From an uncultured virus (IMG/VR IMGVR_UViG_3300047458_000106) (taxonomy: Duplodnaviria; Heunggongvirae; Uroviricota; Caudoviricetes): 64,000 nt of DNA. Made by a program: the position numbers and the translations under genes. This document shows positions 58,323-64,000 of this stretch, in pieces; positions within the stretch are counted from its first letter, which is position 1, and every line of letters starts with the position of its first letter. Location: the IMG/VR virus record IMGVR_UViG_3300047458_000106; one strand, written 5' to 3'. The notes below the pieces were generated by a model. The model saw nothing but the letters and a program-made list of their open reading frames with translations, had not been told where the DNA came from and searched no databases.

Positions 58323-60326
58323 TTGGACTACTCAGACTTAGTAATAGAAATTGACAAAAAAAGAGATAAATTATTAGAAGATTACTCAGTCGGAATGCTG
58401 AAAGATTTTTATCTGACAGATTACGAAAAATCACCACAAGAAGGATTTGCACGTGCCAGTTTAGCATGGTCGACATATAATGATAAACTAGATGTAGAAC
58501 TTGCACAACGTCTCTATGATTATGTAAGCAATAAATGGTTTATGTTTGCAAGTCCTGTTCTATCAAATGCGCCCAATGGACAAAATAAGAAAAATAAAGG
58601 TATGCCTATATCTTGTTTTCTTACTTACGTACCAGACACACTTGAAGGTTTAATTGACCACTCGTCTGAACTTAGATGGTTATCTATCATGGGTGGTGGT
58701 GTTGGTGGACATTGGTCAGATGTCAGAACTGTATCAGACATTGCACCAGGTCCAATACCATTTTTACATACAGTAGATGCTGACATGATTGCATATCGTC
58801 AAGGTAAAACACGTAAAGGTAGTTATGCGGCATACATGAATGTTGACCACCCAGATATCATGGAGTTTCTAAACATTCGTATACCTACTGGTGATGTTCA
58901 ACGTAAAGCATTGAATATACACAATGCGATTAACATAACTGATAAGTTTATGGAAGCAGTTATGACAAATAGTGATTTTGACTTGATTGACCCAAATGAT
59001 GGCACAGTAAAAGAAACTGTCAAAGCAAGAAAACTATGGGAAAGAATACTAGAGATAAGATTTAGAACTGGTGAACCATATTTAAACTTTATTGATACTG
59101 CAAACAATAGTCTACCAGAACCACTCAAAGAAGCAGGACTTAAAATACATGGTAGTAATCTATGTAATGAAATACATTTACCAACAAGTGCTGAACGAAC
59201 TGCAGTCTGTTGTTTATCATCATTAAATTTAGAATATTACGATGAATGGAAAGACACTACAATTGTAAGAGATTTAATACGAATGTTAGATAATGTGCTG
59301 GAGTACTTCATACAGAATGCACCTGACACGATTGCACGTGCAAAATATTCTGCTATGAGAGAAAGAAGTTTGGGTCTTGGTGCGATGGGATTTCACTCTC
59401 TCCTACATAAGCACGGTGTTGCATGGGAATCTGAGTTAGCAAAAGAAATTAACGAGCAAGTTTTTAGTTTCATTCATAATGAAGCACATGCAGAAACAGA
59501 ATTACTTGCAGAAGAACGTGGTGCATATTTAGATGGACCAAAGAGTGGTAAAAGAAACTCTCACTTACTTGCGATTGCCCCAAATGCATCTAGTGGTGTT
59601 ATTCTTGGAACAAGTCCTTCAATAGAACCACTGAAAGCAAATGCATATACACACAGAACTCGTGCTGGTAGTTTTCTTGTAAAGAACAAATATCTAGAAG
59701 AACTGCTTGAAACAAAAGAAATGAATAATGATAGCATTTGGAGTTCTATCATCACTAATAAGGGGTCTGTCCAGCATCTTTCGTTTCTCACAGAAGGTGA
59801 AAAAAGTATATATAAAACTGCTGATGAATTAGACCAAAACTGGGTAGTTCAACATGCAGGAGATAGACAACCTTATATATGTCAAGGCCAGTCTGTCAAT
59901 TTATTCTTTCCTGCTGGAGCAGATAAATCATACGTGAACAAAGTACATTTACGTGCATGGAGTTCAGGTCTGAAAGGATTATACTATTTGCGAACAGAAG
60001 CAAAATCTCGTGCTGAGAATGTTTCTGAGAAAGTAGAGAGAGTCGCACTCCAAAGTGATACAAGTACAATTGTGTATACAAAACCCAATTGTCCTTTTTG
60101 TCAACTTGCAAAAGAAGAACTTAAACTTCGCGGTATACCATATGATGAAATTAATCTTGAAGAGATTGGTAAAACTGCGAGAGAAGTCACGGGTCGTAAG
60201 GGTGTTAAAACTGTCCCACAAATATATTTACATGGTGAATATGTGGGTGGTTACGATGACCTTATGGAAATATTTAACAAGGCACAAGCAGAAGAATCAG
60301 AGGATTGTAAAGCATGTGAAGGATAG
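58323..60326 (+). CDS. nrdA: Class I ribonucleotide reductase alpha subunit with fused glutaredoxin
   Basis: ISCF, SNLCNEI, APNASS, LYYLR; CPFC..TVPQI..GGY Grx; terminal CKACEG; TTG start after AGGAG; promoter 58261-58289. Confidence 0.95.
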   Translation: MDYSDLVIEIDKKRDKLLEDYSVGMLKDFYLTDYEKSPQEGFARASLAWSTYNDKLDVELAQRLYDYVSNKWFMFASPVLSNAPNGQNKKNKGMPISCFLTYVPDTLEGLIDHSSELRWLSIMGGGVGGHWSDVRTVSDIAPGPIPFLHTVDADMIAYRQGKTRKGSYAAYMNVDHPDIMEFLNIRIPTGDVQRKALNIHNAINITDKFMEAVMTNSDFDLIDPNDGTVKETVKARKLWERILEIRFRTGEPYLNFIDTANNSLPEPLKEAGLKIHGSNLCNEIHLPTSAERTAVCCLSSLNLEYYDEWKDTTIVRDLIRMLDNVLEYFIQNAPDTIARAKYSAMRERSLGLGAMGFHSLLHKHGVAWESELAKEINEQVFSFIHNEAHAETELLAEERGAYLDGPKSGKRNSHLLAIAPNASSGVILGTSPSIEPLKANAYTHRTRAGSFLVKNKYLEELLETKEMNNDSIWSSIITNKGSVQHLSFLTEGEKSIYKTADELDQNWVVQHAGDRQPYICQGQSVNLFFPAGADKSYVNKVHLRAWSSGLKGLYYLRTEAKSRAENVSEKVERVALQSDTSTIVYTKPNCPFCQLAKEELKLRGIPYDEINLEEIGKTAREVTGRKGVKTVPQIYLHGEYVGGYDDLMEIFNKAQAEESEDCKACEG

Positions 60327-60433
60327 GGATATATGGCACAACCAATGCAACAACAAACTGCAAGGATAACCAGAAAAGAACTAAAAAAAATAATTAAACA
60401 ACAACAAGACAAAAGACACAATCAGGAATAATT

Positions 60434-61456
60434 ATGGCATTACTAGAGTTTTCAAAAACATACAAACCATTCATCTACCCATGGGCAGTTGAACTAACTA
60501 AAAAACATGAAGAGATACATTGGATAGAAGACGAAGCAGAACTCTCAGAAGACGTGCAAGATTGGCGAACTAAACTGAACGAAGACGAAAAATTGTTTAT
60601 TACTCAAGTACTAAGACTATTTACTCAAAGCGATGTTCAAGTGGGCGAAAACTACCATGAACTACTAATACCTAAGTTCAAGAATAATGAAGTAAGAAAT
60701 ATGTTATCGTCTTTTGCAAACAGAGAAGGTGTACACCAACGTGCATATGCATTATTAAATGATACTCTTGGTTTACCAGATGAAGACTTTAGTGCATTTT
60801 TAGAATACAAAGAAATGGCAGATAAGATTGACTTTATGAAAGATGGTGATATTTCAAGTCACACAGGTTTAGCATTAGCACTAGCACAATCAGTATTTAA
60901 CGAAGGTCTGTCTGTCTTTGCATCTTTTGTAATGTTATTAAACTTTCAAAGATTTGGTAAGATGAAAGGTATGGGGACAATTGTCGAGTGGTCTATTCGT
61001 GACGAAACTCTACACGTCCAAGGTAATGCAAAACTGTTTAGAGATTTTTGTGGTGAACACACACGTATTGTCACAGATGAACTTAAGTCTAAAATCTACA
61101 AGATTGCAAAAGATGTAGTTAAGTTAGAAGATAAATTTATTGACCTTGCATACAACGACCACGAAATAGAAGGTCTTAAAAAAGAAGATGTCAAACAATA
61201 TATCAGACATATTGCAGACAGAAGACTATTACAACTTGGCATGAAACCAAACTTTAATGCAAAAGACAATCCACTACCATGGTTAGATTGGGTACTCAAT
61301 GGTGCATCACATGATAACTTTTTTGAAAAAAGAGTCACAGAGTATTCTGTCAATGGTCTTGAAGGCGATTGGGGTTGGGAAGAAGTTGATACACCACAAA
61401 CATTAGAACGTATTGAAGATAAACTAGATGAAGCAATAGCAAACGTAGGTTGTTAA
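60434..61456 (+). CDS. nrdB: Ribonucleotide reductase beta subunit
   Basis: FTQSD, EGVHQRAY, RDETLH, NFFE.RVTEY. Confidence 0.95.
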   Translation: MALLEFSKTYKPFIYPWAVELTKKHEEIHWIEDEAELSEDVQDWRTKLNEDEKLFITQVLRLFTQSDVQVGENYHELLIPKFKNNEVRNMLSSFANREGVHQRAYALLNDTLGLPDEDFSAFLEYKEMADKIDFMKDGDISSHTGLALALAQSVFNEGLSVFASFVMLLNFQRFGKMKGMGTIVEWSIRDETLHVQGNAKLFRDFCGEHTRIVTDELKSKIYKIAKDVVKLEDKFIDLAYNDHEIEGLKKEDVKQYIRHIADRRLLQLGMKPNFNAKDNPLPWLDWVLNGASHDNFFEKRVTEYSVNGLEGDWGWEEVDTPQTLERIEDKLDEAIANVGC

Positions 61457-61469
61457 TTTGTTAGATTCT

Positions 61470-61607
61470 ATGGAAAAAGAATACGAAGTAAGATGCGATG
61501 TGTGTGGCGTAGATACACATATTATAGTCGAAGACGGTGAAGATGAAGAACCAATTTACTGTCCAATGTGTGGAGCAGATGCTATTGTAACAGAACTGTT
61601 AAATTAA
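61470..61607 (+). CDS. 45-aa zinc-ribbon/rubredoxin-like peptide
   Basis: CDVC...CPMCG. Confidence 0.65.
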   Translation: MEKEYEVRCDVCGVDTHIIVEDGEDEEPIYCPMCGADAIVTELLN

Positions 61608-61621
61608 GTCTATATATCATT

Positions 61622-62062
61622 ATGTGGTATTATAATGATGAACCATTTAATATGAGTGAAGAAGACCTTGAAAACTACCAAGGTTTTGTCTACGAAGTAA
61701 CAGAACTTGAAACTGGTATGAAATATATCGGTAAGAAATTCTTTTGGAAAAAGAAAGTTCTACCTAAAAATAAATCAAGAAAACGTAAAATCATAACCAG
61801 AGTTCAATCAGACTGGCAAACATACTATGGTTCTTCTGCAGAAGTTAAACAACTTGCAGAACAAGGATTTCAATTTGATAGAAAAATACTACAATTATGT
61901 CGAACAAAAGGTGAGTGTTCTTATTACGAAGCAAAACTTCAATTTGAAAATGATGTTCTACTAAGAAATGATTACTTCAATGAGTTTATTGGTTGTAAGA
62001 TACATTCTAAATTTATAAAGGAGATGAAGAATGATTATTTCAAGAGAACTAATAAATCCTAA
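61622..62062 (+). CDS. GIY-YIG-like protein
   Basis: GFVY...YIGKK...YYGSS...E...N. Confidence 0.75.
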   Translation: MWYYNDEPFNMSEEDLENYQGFVYEVTELETGMKYIGKKFFWKKKVLPKNKSRKRKIITRVQSDWQTYYGSSAEVKQLAEQGFQFDRKILQLCRTKGECSYYEAKLQFENDVLLRNDYFNEFIGCKIHSKFIKEMKNDYFKRTNKS

Positions 62063-63038
62063 TATTATCATAAATGGCATGACATATGAAAAAATGTGTC
62101 ACAGAATTAACAAATTCAAACACATGTTTCTTGATAAAGGTGTAAAACAACATGATAGTATTAGTGTCACAACGTTAAATTGTCCAAACGATTACTATGC
62201 GGCCTTGTTTGCGGCATGGGAACTTGGCATACAAGTAATTACGTGTTCAGATAGAATATTAAAAACAAGAGAAGATGCAAAACATATGCTTGATGGTGTA
62301 AAACATTTAGTAGATGTATTAAGTAAAAACTTTACTGGTTATCGAGAGTTTTGTGTGCATGATTTAAATAGACCATTAGACCCAAATAATTCAGGTGGAT
62401 TAACTCGTATGGATTTAAAAGATGGTCTTTATGCTGAGGTAGTAAACTTATATTCTCATTGGAAAAACATGGATGGTACTAACAACGTTATGTTAATGGA
62501 CGATGTTGCACCATATCCTGGTACACCGATTCAACCATGGGAAGTAGATGAAAATAATGGTGCTATTATGTCAATTGACCCTGTTATGAATATCAAAGAA
62601 TCTAATGAATGGTGGCACCCAGATTACTTTACTCATAAAGAAATTATCGAGTCTGCAAAACAATACTCGTTTCCTTATAAAAAGTGTGCGATGTCTAGAA
62701 CAATTCATCACAATAGATGTATTGATTATTATTTTTTACCAGCATTAATGAATTGTGAAGAAATATTCGATGTCACTTTGATGGACCATACTGAACGCCC
62801 CGAAGAAGTATTCATTTACGAATATGTTACAGATTATGCAGTCAAGGCAGTTCGTGAGCATGAAATAGAAAGAATACTATTTCCTGACCCAGAATCACTT
62901 GAGTTTTTTAAAAGTAAACTTACAGAACCTTTTACACATGAAGTTTTATATAATGTTGGTAAACAAGAAATTAGTTCTAAAACTAGAGTAGTAGATGATG
63001 CTGGTGTTGACATAGAAACAGGTAAGTTTGTTGGATAA
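62031..63038 (+). CDS. Degenerate ANL (AMP-binding) family paralog
   Basis: Shares MIISR.(L/I)IN, A..ELG, FTHKEI and HH with the next gene; lacks the TSG loop. Confidence 0.55.
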   Translation: MIISRELINPNIIINGMTYEKMCHRINKFKHMFLDKGVKQHDSISVTTLNCPNDYYAALFAAWELGIQVITCSDRILKTREDAKHMLDGVKHLVDVLSKNFTGYREFCVHDLNRPLDPNNSGGLTRMDLKDGLYAEVVNLYSHWKNMDGTNNVMLMDDVAPYPGTPIQPWEVDENNGAIMSIDPVMNIKESNEWWHPDYFTHKEIIESAKQYSFPYKKCAMSRTIHHNRCIDYYFLPALMNCEEIFDVTLMDHTERPEEVFIYEYVTDYAVKAVREHEIERILFPDPESLEFFKSKLTEPFTHEVLYNVGKQEISSKTRVVDDAGVDIETGKFVG

Positions 63039-64000
63039 TGATAATTAGTCGTGACATTATTAATGATGAAATAGATTTTGATGATAATAAATCAAAAGCA
63101 GAACTTGTTTATGAAATAAGACAATGGAAAATGTTACTCAAAGAGAACTACAATGTTCGTAAAGGAGAAACAGTTGCTATTGGCATTCTAGATGTAAATC
63201 ATTTACATTTAACATCTATTATTGCATGTGCCGAGTTAGGTCTAAAAATATTTTTGATTGATGCACCTGCAACAGAAGAATCTTTACCTTACACAAAAAT
63301 CGCACTTCATGGTCCAGTAGATTATCTGATTCACGATAATTTTAAAGGTGATAACCTTTATGGTGGCCTACATGGCAAGATGATTCGTGAATATAGTAAA
63401 GAACTAATTGATGCAAGAGAACTCAAATTAAAAGTACCAAAAGGTATGGACTATATTAATCAGGTATCAGAAGATGATATATTTTTAATTAGTTCTACAT
63501 CTGGTTCTACTAAACCTTCTCGTAAAATTGAGTTTACACACAAAGAAATATATGCAATAGCAAAAAGAAATATTGATATTTTTAAATTAAAACCTGATAC
63601 TAAAATACTACACAGTAAAAATATGCACCATGTTAGTGCAATGTTGTGTACACTTTTGCCGTCACTTATGATAGTCAAAAAACACAGGTCGTTTACACTA
63701 GCAGAATTTACTGAGTGGCAAGGCGCAAATCTTCATTTGGTTGATTTTAATCACGTAATGATACCAAACGAAAAAATGTTAGATTGGTTTGTTGAATTCT
63801 TTGATAAAAATGGTGGTCTAGAAAAAAGCACAGTACTAGTCATGTGTGGATTTACCATGACAAAAAAACATGTAGACATGTGTAAAAGATATAATATAGA
63901 ATTCATTTCGCATTATGGTAGTGTGGACACCGCAATTCCATTGTTAGTTAATTATATTGATGGTAATTCTGAATGCATACCAGACTCTCTAGGAGTCGCT
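63038..64000 (+). CDS. ANL adenylate-forming (acyl-CoA ligase-like) enzyme, truncated by the window end
   Basis: Open frame from ATG 63038; ISSTSGSTKPSRK and HYGS motifs. Confidence 0.75.
   Translation, partial: MIISRDIINDEIDFDDNKSKAELVYEIRQWKMLLKENYNVRKGETVAIGILDVNHLHLTSIIACAELGLKIFLIDAPATEESLPYTKIALHGPVDYLIHDNFKGDNLYGGLHGKMIREYSKELIDARELKLKVPKGMDYINQVSEDDIFLISSTSGSTKPSRKIEFTHKEIYAIAKRNIDIFKLKPDTKILHSKNMHHVSAMLCTLLPSLMIVKKHRSFTLAEFTEWQGANLHLVDFNHVMIPNEKMLDWFVEFFDKNGGLEKSTVLVMCGFTMTKKHVDMCKRYNIEFISHYGSVDTAIPLLVNYIDGNSECIPDSLGVA

Noticed and set aside
1..64000. Alternative genetic code
   Set aside because: Core genes translate full-length with code 11 and use all three stop codons.

Overview
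64 kb of a large, AT-rich T4-like myovirus genome, most likely infecting a marine proteobacterium. Host inference rests on sigma70 consensus promoters, a sigma32-like promoter plus ROSE-like motif before hsp20, iscU/iscA, and curli genes resembling those reported in SAR11/OM43 myoviruses. The host is not determined. Gene order: head module (g20, g67, g68, g21, g22, g23); a dense non-coding/regulatory hub at 5.6-8.2 kb; iscU-iscA, g55, uvsW/uvsY, a diiron enzyme and g3; the replication module (g47, g46, g45, g44, g62, regA, hsp20, g43, AEP-like primase, sugar-nucleotide enzymes, uvsX, g41); a late curli operon (csgF, csgG, curlin, FecR, curlin, CHASE2 adenylate cyclase); an early porin and early hypotheticals; a late cluster of proteins with T4 capsid-targeting-like N-termini; a holin-like gene; nrdA (Grx-fused), nrdB; a GIY-YIG-like gene; and two ANL-family paralogs. 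The hub holds a ~500-nt ORF-free structured RNA with its own promoters and terminator, a 4x 11-bp PhoB-like box, a glutamine (glnA-type) riboswitch with a large insertion ahead of a YRG peptide, bS21, an orphan early sRNA, tRNA-Asp, and a ~270-nt closed RNA carrying a copy of the iscU start. Best candidates for an undescribed system: the ncRNA hub, the curli-FecR-cyclase operon and the putative packaged enzyme cargo. All calls come from reading motifs by eye; no searches were run.
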